A stretch of 64,000 nt of DNA from a virus (taxonomy: Duplodnaviria; Heunggongvirae; Uroviricota; Caudoviricetes): positions 128,001 to 192,000 of IMG/VR virus record IMGVR_UViG_3300033067_001661; one strand, given 5' to 3'. Position 1 is the first letter of the stretch. Each line of letters begins with the position of its first letter. Below, piece after piece: positions 29,101 to 38,523 of the stretch. The notes beneath the pieces were generated by a model that had not been told where the DNA came from, searched no databases, and worked only from the letters and a program-made list of their open reading frames with translations. A program made the position numbers and the translations under genes.

Positions 29101-32100
29101 AATATCTGTTTCAGAAAGAGGATAGCTAAATCTCAATAACTTATCGCTAGGAGAGAACGAGTACCCTCTTGTTATCTTATTACCATTCAAGATAACTTCA
29201 TATACCGTATTCTTGGAAATTACTCTGTTGTCAAGACCAACAACTCGGAATGTCTGTAGGTCATCATTCCTCTTTGGCAAAACAGCGTTAAGCGTAAAGT
29301 CCGAACTTCTAAACTTGGTTATCTCTGTTCTTTCCGTTGTAAAAGACTCTTCTGTAAAAGTTATCTGGAACAAATTATAACCCGAAGCAATCCATAGAAT
29401 ATTGGGATTTCTCCACCTAATGGCTTTTGCATTTACAAAGATTGGAAGGTTTACGTCGCCAACCCCAACCTGAGTTGCAGCAGCAGGAGGAGCATTGGTG
29501 TTATCAAAATTCAACGGAGAAATTCCAACACCAATCATCTTATTGACGCCTGCTGTTGTGGCTATATACCTAATAGCTGTATTACGAATTGCTATATCGT
29601 TAATCTTGTTAGAGTTAAGACCGTTTGCTGTTGTAAAGACAGAAATCTCTCCGCCGCTATAACGAATAAGACCTTCTTCGGAACCAATCCAGGCAACATT
29701 TGAAGCATCAACCTTTACGGTCGTAATCTTATTAGTTGGCAATCCAGAATTCTGGTCAATCTTGATTATATCGTCGTCAGCAACCGCAATAGTCCTTACT
29801 GTTGTTGCATTTTCTTTTGTCAAAACAAGACTTGAATATATGTTGTTTAGACTAACAATGTACAGTCCCTCGCTAGAAGCAATGTACAAGTTATTAAGTC
29901 CGTCAATATCAACACAAACAGGTTTTGCTGGTAAGTTTCCAGAAAGCTTGAAGAAGTATGAATGGTCAGAGCTTGCGTAAATGCCACTAGAGGTTGACAA
30001 GAACATATTAGCTTTCTTGTCAAAAGAAATTGAGTTTACAGAAAGACCTTTGATGTTGTAATTATCAGAATCAAGCAAATAAGCCTTACTCGTATCTCTG
30101 TCATAGTACATCAAACCAATTGATGTTCCAAACCAAGAATCTCCATTGTTATTGCTTGCAACAGCCAAAACTTCAGTCTTTGGCATATTTGTTGTTGCCG
30201 AAGAAACAAGACTTATATTGAATGGATTCACAGCGTCCGATAGGTAGTATCTAAGATTTCCAATAACAAATCTAGAAGCTAAATTATCTGAGAAATCTCC
30301 AAACCTAAGCTCTTTTCTATTCAAATCGCCGTCAAGTCTTCGTTCGCCAAATAAAGTCGTTTCATGATCAGAAACATTATAATCAGGAACAAAGCTAAAA
30401 TCATAAATCAAGTCTCTTACTTGACCAAAAATGTCATTATTATACAGTATCTCTCTTGGGCTTGAAACTTGTAAGTTCTCAAAAAGTATATGCAAGTTAC
30501 CACTAAACTTAGAAGGTATATTAGGCCTAAAAACTTCCTTAGGTAGTCCGAAATCAAAATCAACATCAAATGAAGCTGTATAAGAAGAAGGCTTGTCCTG
30601 ATTACTGCTATACCAAACCTGAGAAGAAGCGTCCCACTTCAACATTGCAATAGACGGGCTTTTCAAACTAACGTCACTTGCTCTTGCTACATATGGGTCA
30701 TAAGGCGAAACAATTTTCTCTTGTTGTTTTTCGAATACTACAAAAATATCGCCTGTTGACGAGTTGAGTCCAGCCTTAGGATGAGTAGAGTCATAGTCGC
30801 CTGTTGTAAGCTGCAAAACAGACTTTGCGAAAACCAATCTAGGATTGATTTGCCTTCCAAAAAGCTGTATGTTGTTATCAACAGTATCTTGCCAAACAAC
30901 AAAGACTTGACCTTTCAAATCAATACAAATGGTAGAGTTATCTGCTCGTACAGACCCTGTACCAGAAACAGAAAAGTCAAAGCCTCCTTGAGCCGCAGAA
31001 TTCCACTTCTTTTGTCCGTCGTCATAAACAGCCATCTTAATTGACGAAGAACCGTTTCTCTCAAAAGCTGTCCAAGACATATATAAAGAAGTGTTGTTAG
31101 AAATAATAGCAGGTCTCTTTGCTCCAACAGCTTCGTTTGTGACCTGAATATCCTGCTTACCAAATGCATTACTCTCCCATTGTCCGTTTGACGCATTTCT
31201 GCGACAGTAGAAAATCTGAGGCTGAGACGCTCTATGATCTTCCCAAACAACGTGAGCATTATTCTTGCTATCAATAGCAATCTTTGGAGCAAACGAATCA
31301 TAAAGATTTGACGTAAGCAAATATGGCTCAGACCATCCATTCACATTCTTTGTTATAACCGCAATATCTGTATAATCAGATCTTGTTGTTTCATAAACAA
31401 CGTAGATATTTCCATAACTATCAACGGCTATACTAGGATTGGATGAACTAAAATCGTCAGATACAATAAGCTCCGGCTCTGACCATTCAGTGTTAGCATC
31501 ATAGTAGCTATAATAGAGTTGTCTTCTATTGATACCCTTACCGTCGTCATGCCATACCGCATGAGTCTTTCCTGTAGAATCACAGAACACAGAAGGTCTA
31601 GCCGCATTTCCTTGATTAGTTGCGGCAAGCTTTATCGTTGTTTCAGCAATCAGCTTGTAAGACTGATCGCTTGCTTTCTTTCCATAGAGTTTGATTCTTG
31701 TCTTCTTTCCAACAAGTCTATAATCAGTCAACTCAGTTGTATCATACAAGAATGATCTTTCTGCGCCTTCAAAGATAATCTCTTGAGGCAAGAACCATAT
31801 GTTTTCGCTACACAAACCATCATTAACATATATACCCGTTCCTTTTGGCTTACCTGTATTAGACGGAGTATCGCTATCCTCAAAATCATCTATTCTAAGG
31901 CTAAAGTCGATTGTCCATCCGCGAGAATTATCAACTCTTTCAAACCAAGGCGTGCCCTTCTTCCTATGACAGTAAAACCATTTACCTGTAGAGTATGTTC
32001 CATATGGGCTTGGATTGTAAGTATCGGTAACTTGATAATCGCCTCTAAGGGCCAAGCTAGGAAACAGCGCGGTTCTTGAGATAGCATCTAATCTAATCGC

Positions 32101-34437
32101 CGATTGAGAAGCAACAGAAATATCATTCGAAAAAACATCAAAGAAGAGAGAGAAGAAATAGTTTGTTGACAAAGATGCTTCTTTGATTTCGTCAACAACC
32201 TGAGATACGCTCTTATTAACAAGATCCGTTGTAAACGCAACGGTGTTTGTTCCTGCTAGATATATTGTCAAAACACTATTTGCAATTTCAATCTCAAACT
32301 CATAGCTAAAAATTGAATCATAAAGAGATATGAAAGAGATAGCTTCGGTATTAACTGTTGAAAATATCTCAACAGTGCTTGAAGATAAGTCCGCCTGCTT
32401 AGAAGAAATAGTTGTATCAATAACAAGACCTTCTTCAATATAGCTTGCTGCGTCAAAAGTTGTTGTTTTAACAAGCTCCCACAAGTTTATTGCCGGGTCA
32501 AATCCTGCTATAAAAACAGAATCGCTATCATACTTTGGTATGAAATATCCATCGAAAAAGCTTGCCCCATAACCATGTCCTATATAGAGAATGCCTTCGT
32601 CAGGAGAGGTTGCAATAGAGTTAATTTTCGTATCAAAAACATCAACATTCTCTGTTGCGGCAAGAGAAGGTTGTTCTGTTTCTATGATCTTATAAACAAC
32701 TCCACTTTCTGTTGGGTTGATTGGATTTGCAGCAACAAGAACATTACCCTCATGCTCCGTAATATCCGCAAGAGACATTCCAGTAAAGTCAACAAATCTC
32801 TCAAGCCTTATATCTGAATAAACAGAGGAACCAGGGTCAAATGCTCCGTCAACATTATAAACAACTCTCTTGAACAAACCTATAGCTTCAGAACCTCCAT
32901 TAGAACCAATTTCAATAAACCTATCCGAAGCAGATTCCTTGAACTCGCCCGTTCCGTCTATAATAAGGCTATTCTGTATGTAAACCTTAATGTCATCAGC
33001 CTTAGCCGTAACAATGAGATTTCTAGGAACAGTCATATCAATATCAAAAATCTTGACATTAGACTTACCAAGCATGAGTTGGCACTTAGTTTCATAGAAC
33101 CTTATTTCCGCAAATCTAGAACCGTCCGCAAAAGAGATTCTCTGATAGCCTTCGCCTGAAACGCTCAAAGACGCCTCAAATGTCCAGCCCTTTGAATTGC
33201 TAACTTCTCTTTCCCACAAGTTTCCGGCAACTCTAAAACTAGACGTTTCATAGTTTGTAAACAAGTCATTCTGATCGCTTGCAGAAACGGATACATAGTA
33301 ATCAATACCTCTTCTAACAATGTTATCAGGTATGGTAAACTTATTATCATAAGTCTCTATTACATTTGTATAGACATTATCAGAACCAGGCGCTGTGCCT
33401 ATCTTTATCTTGGCATATCTACTTGACCTATTGTACGGAGAAATAACGTCCCACTCAAGAGTTGGGTTTACGCTATTGACGTTCAAATTACTTACAAGGC
33501 CATCAACTCTTAGGTTGACCGTCCTAAATCCTGCGTCTTGAATAACAACAGTTCTTGAAGATACTGTTGTTCCTGTAAAAATACCGTCGCTAGGCGTTAC
33601 AGTAAAGAACACTTCGTCATTGGGCTTCAAACCAAGTCTTACAAACTTTTCATCATTAGCTTCGCTAATGAGTTCATTGTTGATATACCATCTTATCTGG
33701 CTCTTATCTTGAACAAGCAAAGTCTGCGTATTTGGATCGTTTACGACATAGTTTGCTTCAAGTATGTCATTAACATTTGGGTTGATTGGTAAAATCTTGA
33801 GCGACTCTGTAACGGGAGGAAACTTTATAATCCTAACGGCCTTTGCCGTTATTGTTGGTCCTTTCTCTAAATTGTCTACAGGCGTAATTTCACAATACCA
33901 AGAATCGCCATACCTAAGATACTCTTTAGATATCTTTTGATAGTTGTCAAACTGATCATAGTGAACGCCGTTCCTAATCCACTTAGTTTTGACCGTTACA
34001 GACTCAGACGACAAACCCAAGTCAAGTTCCAAATCAGTTTGTTCAGACGGCTCTTCGGGAGTTATGCTGGCATGAGTCAAGAATGGCAAACGATTAACAA
34101 TAAAAACAAAACGAACCCATTCGCTTTCTTCGTTTGTCGTGTCTTTTACTCTTATTTGTCCATAGTATTTCTGACCGCGCTGCAAAAACTTTGGCTTAAA
34201 TCTCCAATATTGAGATCTATCTCTTGCGTAAGGTTGGCTCAAAACGTCAGAAATATAGTTTCCTGTTCCCCAATTAACATTATGCGTTCCTATGCGTATT
34301 TCATAGGAAAGCTGCTTGATAGACGGAGTTGTGGTCTGTATATCCCAATTAATCGTAATAACATCAAGAGGCACTTCGATTGAGGTGTCTTGTATGTTTG
34401 TATTGTTTATCTTTACCTGTGTAATTGAAATGGACAT
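26158..34437 (-). CDS. giant multidomain virion protein (2759 aa): Fn3/Ig, duplicated lectin-like unit, BNR-type and Reg_prop propellers, C-terminal FY-x-D repeats
   Basis: HAVWHDD/YVVYE/HVVWED blades; GLPTNKITTVKVDASNVAWIGSEEGL and GLNSNKINDIAI Reg_prop blades. Confidence 0.85.
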   Translation of the reverse strand: MSISITQVKINNTNIQDTSIEVPLDVITINWDIQTTTPSIKQLSYEIRIGTHNVNWGTGNYISDVLSQPYARDRSQYWRFKPKFLQRGQKYYGQIRVKDTTNEESEWVRFVFIVNRLPFLTHASITPEEPSEQTDLELDLGLSSESVTVKTKWIRNGVHYDQFDNYQKISKEYLRYGDSWYCEITPVDNLEKGPTITAKAVRIIKFPPVTESLKILPINPNVNDILEANYVVNDPNTQTLLVQDKSQIRWYINNELISEANDEKFVRLGLKPNDEVFFTVTPSDGIFTGTTVSSRTVVIQDAGFRTVNLRVDGLVSNLNVNSVNPTLEWDVISPYNRSSRYAKIKIGTAPGSDNVYTNVIETYDNKFTIPDNIVRRGIDYYVSVSASDQNDLFTNYETSSFRVAGNLWEREVSNSKGWTFEASLSVSGEGYQRISFADGSRFAEIRFYETKCQLMLGKSNVKIFDIDMTVPRNLIVTAKADDIKVYIQNSLIIDGTGEFKESASDRFIEIGSNGGSEAIGLFKRVVYNVDGAFDPGSSVYSDIRLERFVDFTGMSLADITEHEGNVLVAANPINPTESGVVYKIIETEQPSLAATENVDVFDTKINSIATSPDEGILYIGHGYGASFFDGYFIPKYDSDSVFIAGFDPAINLWELVKTTTFDAASYIEEGLVIDTTISSKQADLSSSTVEIFSTVNTEAISFISLYDSIFSYEFEIEIANSVLTIYLAGTNTVAFTTDLVNKSVSQVVDEIKEASLSTNYFFSLFFDVFSNDISVASQSAIRLDAISRTALFPSLALRGDYQVTDTYNPSPYGTYSTGKWFYCHRKKGTPWFERVDNSRGWTIDFSLRIDDFEDSDTPSNTGKPKGTGIYVNDGLCSENIWFLPQEIIFEGAERSFLYDTTELTDYRLVGKKTRIKLYGKKASDQSYKLIAETTIKLAATNQGNAARPSVFCDSTGKTHAVWHDDGKGINRRQLYYSYYDANTEWSEPELIVSDDFSSSNPSIAVDSYGNIYVVYETTRSDYTDIAVITKNVNGWSEPYLLTSNLYDSFAPKIAIDSKNNAHVVWEDHRASQPQIFYCRRNASNGQWESNAFGKQDIQVTNEAVGAKRPAIISNNTSLYMSWTAFERNGSSSIKMAVYDDGQKKWNSAAQGGFDFSVSGTGSVRADNSTICIDLKGQVFVVWQDTVDNNIQLFGRQINPRLVFAKSVLQLTTGDYDSTHPKAGLNSSTGDIFVVFEKQQEKIVSPYDPYVARASDVSLKSPSIAMLKWDASSQVWYSSNQDKPSSYTASFDVDFDFGLPKEVFRPNIPSKFSGNLHILFENLQVSSPREILYNNDIFGQVRDLIYDFSFVPDYNVSDHETTLFGERRLDGDLNRKELRFGDFSDNLASRFVIGNLRYYLSDAVNPFNISLVSSATTNMPKTEVLAVASNNNGDSWFGTSIGLMYYDRDTSKAYLLDSDNYNIKGLSVNSISFDKKANMFLSTSSGIYASSDHSYFFKLSGNLPAKPVCVDIDGLNNLYIASSEGLYIVSLNNIYSSLVLTKENATTVRTIAVADDDIIKIDQNSGLPTNKITTVKVDASNVAWIGSEEGLIRYSGGEISVFTTANGLNSNKINDIAIRNTAIRYIATTAGVNKMIGVGISPLNFDNTNAPPAAATQVGVGDVNLPIFVNAKAIRWRNPNILWIASGYNLFQITFTEESFTTERTEITKFRSSDFTLNAVLPKRNDDLQTFRVVGLDNRVISKNTVYEVILNGNKITRGYSFSPSDKLLRFSYPLSETDIIKVNVRFDIEKIGTFAQNKAQQIALGNKATRLERLVSANGSIFASTGGDINTLQINDSVSDLPFDKIILDRTPPRGKITLGTRRERSIFEVNVSPLEDDVEGVFDDVSGIDKMIVSNFTNFTSDGETPLEPIVFTRFLLHNVGEIFDSVSRQFTFESGKGRRLLSYQPIGGNQAMMAGTAEPANVYRYNGVDQTWDLIDTLDVVGGVANPSASVEFLIEYQGRIYAGTGSPNGSGKLWVMNSSTMKFDLLRTLPSNTHAYCAVVFDEVLYFGGGGGGYGALYSFDGTTTTEVFRNISGAIYSLVESDRELYAATGYEGRIYKLDPKNRTQQIVDVNADRNVLSIGKATVNGQGYIFAGMSANGQIKRSKVPDSPFVHSFKTVPSAVHSIRTISDKLYAAIGNTVYALDNVWNAKYTHNEQVRDVIGGLDNAVWFVSDSYIYKIGRAENVKRVYLKLIDRAGNETNLYTDDAQSTLNENLFDEISISDLASFINRNRVLKIDEFGNAVAIREGNDRFYSADIVEEESGEYFSEIFNGTNNLVAWDKISWDATIPDNTSVTIYVKTAATKDELLDKAFEFSVDGKDQSSDISFLTGQFIQFKVVMKSRVRGLSPSLRNVIIKSISSDSTHFFTTNFVLPSRVKSGIVTSTKLLPVSADVVFGINTNNSTDFAEYQIVDENRIFTTDDSQVGSGLRVGVRLITPTKAEASGLVPEEYSPYGLPLLLNAVEWSFKNEDNLERTCNFKVSFYEDPGLTNLVYYADSSDSYVGFSSDGDIFPTGGVVLPPNNTTAMSFTPIGNTPLRCNTYYYVKVEMTNEVETLTVYDNYSFTQSCGTTYVDTISFDFTNTTANIETYHFRVRFYNDPERTDLKHTAFSGNDIANWFADEFALPVSGKTLNPGQTATINYTPLLSNIDAAKTYYLSIDVFNGEVFENNSNSFTFKANDATSQVYCGSYSDVPVVKNFSIMFELENNEFVSMRVKI

Positions 34438-34442
34438 CTAGT

Positions 34443-35510
34443 TCATATCCTAACTGATGACTTGTAAAGCTTTAGCGCCCCATCCTGAACCCCAACGATA
34501 GAGTCAGAGCCGAAAGAATTCTTCTTCACAAACTTAACTTCGTCTTTATTGGCAAAATCTCTTCTGACTTGCCACATAGTTCTATCGCCACGAAATAAAG
34601 TTCCGTCATTCCTTCCAGCATAGAAGTTCTTTCCATTGCTCAAAACAGAGGTTACTCCAAGAGCGGTTGGGTCATCGCAAGCGAAGCAATTATTGACAAT
34701 CTCCTTATACAGAAGAGACTTATCTATAACATACTCAACACCAAGATTTATAGCATTTGATATCGTCTTTGCATCAACAATATACTTGCCTATGAAAACA
34801 AGTTCGTCGAGGAAGCCAGCATTATCCCTCAAAAGAGAACTATAACCAATAGCTGACTTATTGATGCTAAAATAGGTTGAGTTTGTATTTATATTCGACG
34901 GAATTGACAGTCCATCCTCGGAGAAAAGATTCGCCTTAACTCCATTTATGTAAACATCCAGTCTTCTTCCAGGCCCATAATACGAAATCCAAAAATGATG
35001 AAGCTTACCGGCTTCGTATCTTTCCGTTTCAACAGCAACCTGTCTCTTGTCTCCTCCTGTTAGAAGAATCTTCATAACATTGAAGCCGTCTTCTCTACTT
35101 TCTTCATATATGACAAAAGTACCGTTACTTGAAGTTACATACCCGGTTGAACTTGTATACAAAAACTCAGACTTATCAAACAATGCCATTCTGTAATAAA
35201 CAGTAAGATTAGTAAGAGGGCTTACGGTTGGCGAAATCCAAAAAGGCCTTAGCCAAAAACCGATTGAAAACTCTGTATTGTTACTGAGCAACAAAGGAAG
35301 CGACATCGACGATTTTGGTCGCATTCTAAGACCATTACCATTCTCCCCTCTTTCTATAAAAGGGAATCTATCACCAAACAATTGTAGAGTTTGTTCACTA
35401 ATCTCATCAATAATAGGAGCAGATTCGAACTTCATGAAGAACTTAACATAATCTCCAATAAGAAGCCTATTGTAATCTGTTGCTAGTATGTTTAGATTGA
35501 TTGTTTCCAT
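34443..35510 (-). CDS. LamG/concanavalin-A-like lectin domain protein
   Basis: FSIGFWLRP, LHHFWISY, VYINGV, GFLDELVF. Start moved to ATG 35510, just after the upstream TAA. Confidence 0.75.
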   Translation of the reverse strand: METINLNILATDYNRLLIGDYVKFFMKFESAPIIDEISEQTLQLFGDRFPFIERGENGNGLRMRPKSSMSLPLLLSNNTEFSIGFWLRPFWISPTVSPLTNLTVYYRMALFDKSEFLYTSSTGYVTSSNGTFVIYEESREDGFNVMKILLTGGDKRQVAVETERYEAGKLHHFWISYYGPGRRLDVYINGVKANLFSEDGLSIPSNINTNSTYFSINKSAIGYSSLLRDNAGFLDELVFIGKYIVDAKTISNAINLGVEYVIDKSLLYKEIVNNCFACDDPTALGVTSVLSNGKNFYAGRNDGTLFRGDRTMWQVRRDFANKDEVKFVKKNSFGSDSIVGVQDGALKLYKSSVRI

Positions 35511-35511
35511 A

Positions 35512-36927
35512 TTACACCTTGCTATAAATAACACTTAGAGAGAATCTATTATTCAAAAACTCGTCATTTGATTCAGAAATAGATCGCTCAATCCAAACAT
35601 AAACAACCTCATTAGGCTTTAGATCTTTACCGCTCGCTCGATTACCTAAAACATTAATTGAAACTGCTGTTGCTTCATTATTGGCGTCGAAAAACTCAGA
35701 AACATTAGAACCGCTTGGAGCTTTCGTTCCTGATTTTGTTCTATGCGAAGGAGCCGTATCTATATAAAACTGGTCGCCAATTGAAATAGAATTTGGCAAT
35801 CTCTCGTCAATTTCTATTGTTCCACTACTTGCTGTAAAGGACTTAACAAGCCTCTTTTGTCCATTGTTATTACCTGATATGAAAACAATAGGAGCGGCTA
35901 CAAAATGATTATCTTCGTAAACTCCAGCTAAATCAGCAACAGCAAATGCAGTTATACCAGTAGACGTAGAAGCTCCTGAATAATAATCGCTATTTGGAGC
36001 CTCAATAGCAAGTCTAACAGTAGATAAGTTATTTCTACTGTTTATCTTGAAGAAAACCTTCATATCTTTAGCAATATCCTCAGCATGTTCATTTTTGATA
36101 GCAATGCATCTATACTGCTTTCTTTCAGGACTAAAGTTCAAATCAAAGAAATCATTCTTCAATATTTCCCGAACGATAGACCCCTTTGAATGACTTCTCA
36201 AAGGAGTATTGTATGCATTTCTTTCTGCTATATAACCAGCATTACTAGACCATTTGCTAATTCTTATGATTTCTTCGCCTATTTGAACGTATTCACTCTT
36301 CTGTAAATCAACTATTGAAAAACCATCACTTACAGATTGTCCAAGATACAATATCTTATCATATATGGAAACTGAAGACAACAAAGCCGCTCCTCTGTAA
36401 AGCTCATTCGTACTAACATAGCCACCCAAAGATTGAGTGTAATTGTTTTGCAATGACACTGGCTCTGCGCTTGTTAGATGATATGTAATATCAGTTGATA
36501 AAGTTGAAAACGTTGAGTTAATGTTTGTTGTTTCTGCGGAAAAATATGCCCAAGTACCAGAAACCGATGTAAAAGCCGTATCTTTAAGGAGCATTGAAGA
36601 CAAATAATCAAAAGAATTAACAGATTCTGCAAAAACCTCGACATAGGTATTCAATGACTTTACTAGCTCTGATATGGGTTGTCCAACTAGCGGTATTTGT
36701 ACAAGAGTAGATTCCGTTCCTGACGAATCAATAAAAACACCCGCCAAAACCTTAATACCCTCAACAGTCAGAACGCAAAACTTTGCAGAAACAAATGGAG
36801 TTACCGAGTTTTCGCTCTTTGCGAACTGAATTCTAAGCGCAGAATCATCAACTGGCTCATAGAGAGCCTTATCCGTCGAAGTCAAATTATAAGTACCTGA
36901 AATCGTTTTTTGAGAGAACAAGCTCAT
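35512..36927 (-). CDS. putative phage structural protein (471 aa)
   Basis: SLGGYVS...YRCIAIKNEH...VYVWIER and EIIR...RNAYNT...H.KG segments resemble tail-associated phage proteins; overlaps the upstream gene. Confidence 0.7.
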   Translation of the reverse strand: MSLFSQKTISGTYNLTSTDKALYEPVDDSALRIQFAKSENSVTPFVSAKFCVLTVEGIKVLAGVFIDSSGTESTLVQIPLVGQPISELVKSLNTYVEVFAESVNSFDYLSSMLLKDTAFTSVSGTWAYFSAETTNINSTFSTLSTDITYHLTSAEPVSLQNNYTQSLGGYVSTNELYRGAALLSSVSIYDKILYLGQSVSDGFSIVDLQKSEYVQIGEEIIRISKWSSNAGYIAERNAYNTPLRSHSKGSIVREILKNDFFDLNFSPERKQYRCIAIKNEHAEDIAKDMKVFFKINSRNNLSTVRLAIEAPNSDYYSGASTSTGITAFAVADLAGVYEDNHFVAAPIVFISGNNNGQKRLVKSFTASSGTIEIDERLPNSISIGDQFYIDTAPSHRTKSGTKAPSGSNVSEFFDANNEATAVSINVLGNRASGKDLKPNEVVYVWIERSISESNDEFLNNRFSLSVIYSKV

Positions 36928-38486
36928 ACAGTGACCTCTAGGAATGATTGTCCGTCGTAAATATGTATCCTCTTGGAGTTTCTAGGAACAATGTAAAGCA
37001 ATGAATTATCTGAGTACAACCTATATAACTGAGACCCAAAGTTCTTGATATACGTTACATTTGTTCCGTCATAATGATAGAGACTTCCATTTTTACATCC
37101 AAAAAATAGCTTATCCCTAAACTGATGCATCGCCAAAATTTCAGAATCAATTTCGCTTAGACTGAAAACTTCCTCTAACACAAAGCCTGTCCATCTATAG
37201 ACCAAAGCGGTACTATCGCTTGTTTGAGCCGAAGCATACAATATATCACCATAGACCGCCAAGCAATTAATTTGCTCATTGACGTATGTTATGAAAGAGC
37301 CATTAGGGTTAAATCTGTGAATAGAAGGCTGGCTACCGTTCTGAGCAAGCCAAACAGTATCAGCATTTTGCGAAACGATATCAGCAATATCGTTGTTATC
37401 AATTTCAAACAAAACTCTAAAGCTTCTTGTTTCAGAGCTAGTTCTATTAGCGCCAAAATCCTGGAACTTAACTTTCAAAGTCTTAACGCCGTCATCCTCT
37501 GTTAGCGCCCAATACTTTACGTTCGCAAATGATTCTGGAGGTCCAACAATATCTTCTTCTGCCTCTTCTATAAACTGCATAGAATGAACACCTGTAACCT
37601 CATCATATGCATACATCTTAACAGAAACGTTTTCATTCCTTGTAAATTGTTCAGAATCGTTGATTTGTATATATCCGCTTGGTGGCTTCGTGTCTATCAA
37701 GAAAAAGCCTTCTTGAATAATAGACACATCTCTAACATTAATTTCTTGCGATTTGTTTCCGTCGTCGTCAGCTAGATAGATAGTTAAAACATAATCGTCT
37801 GAAGGAGGTAATAGCGAAGTATCCCAAACAATAGGGCCTGCGCCAACTGGCATTCTTTGCGCAACAGGAGTGTAAGGAATTTGAGCTTTTAATGAACTGA
37901 AATAAATGTAATACTTAGCTCTTTGAGTAAAGCCATTCATAATACCAGAATCATCAAAAATGAACTTAACTGTTGAGCCGTATCTAGCACCAGGAATAGG
38001 AGAAAGAACTGTTGGAGTAACAGGTTGTGCTTTCCTTATTGAGAAAGAAGCAGCAGAAATAGACATAGTGCTTCTCTCTCCTCTACTATTAACAGCCCTA
38101 ACACCAACTCTAACATTTTGACTCTTAATGCTGTTTCCAACTTTCCACAAAAACTTACCTATTCCAGACGGAACAGAAGCAATCATCTTCCAATCCGGTT
38201 CTGTCATGTAATCATAATTTTCTGTGAAATAAATTTCGTACCAAACTTCCAAATTATCTGTAGAAGGAGGAGACGGCTCTTGCCATGAAACCTCTATTTC
38301 TCTTGTAAGAATATCTTCTCCGCCATTTGGGTAAATAAGTGTTGGCCTATTGATAGCATTCTGTGGACCAGACGTTAAGATAGTCGGGATCGAAGGAGGG
38401 GTTGGTTGCGCAACGACTCTCCACTCGAAACTCAAATCGAATGTATCAGGAACCGACCATATGTATGTTACAGATAAAGTTGACAA
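36924..38486 (-). CDS. Fn3/Ig plus beta-propeller protein (520 aa)
   Basis: YPNGGE Ig start, VGVRAVNSRGE Fn3, DTKPPSG Ig domain, C-terminal propeller blades; TTG start with GGAGG SD. Confidence 0.75.
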   Translation of the reverse strand: MSTLSVTYIWSVPDTFDLSFEWRVVAQPTPPSIPTILTSGPQNAINRPTLIYPNGGEDILTREIEVSWQEPSPPSTDNLEVWYEIYFTENYDYMTEPDWKMIASVPSGIGKFLWKVGNSIKSQNVRVGVRAVNSRGERSTMSISAASFSIRKAQPVTPTVLSPIPGARYGSTVKFIFDDSGIMNGFTQRAKYYIYFSSLKAQIPYTPVAQRMPVGAGPIVWDTSLLPPSDDYVLTIYLADDDGNKSQEINVRDVSIIQEGFFLIDTKPPSGYIQINDSEQFTRNENVSVKMYAYDEVTGVHSMQFIEEAEEDIVGPPESFANVKYWALTEDDGVKTLKVKFQDFGANRTSSETRSFRVLFEIDNNDIADIVSQNADTVWLAQNGSQPSIHRFNPNGSFITYVNEQINCLAVYGDILYASAQTSDSTALVYRWTGFVLEEVFSLSEIDSEILAMHQFRDKLFFGCKNGSLYHYDGTNVTYIKNFGSQLYRLYSDNSLLYIVPRNSKRIHIYDGQSFLEVTV

Positions 38487-38523
38487 TTATACTACTCCTC
38501 CAGGTGCTGGTGCGGGAGCCTGA

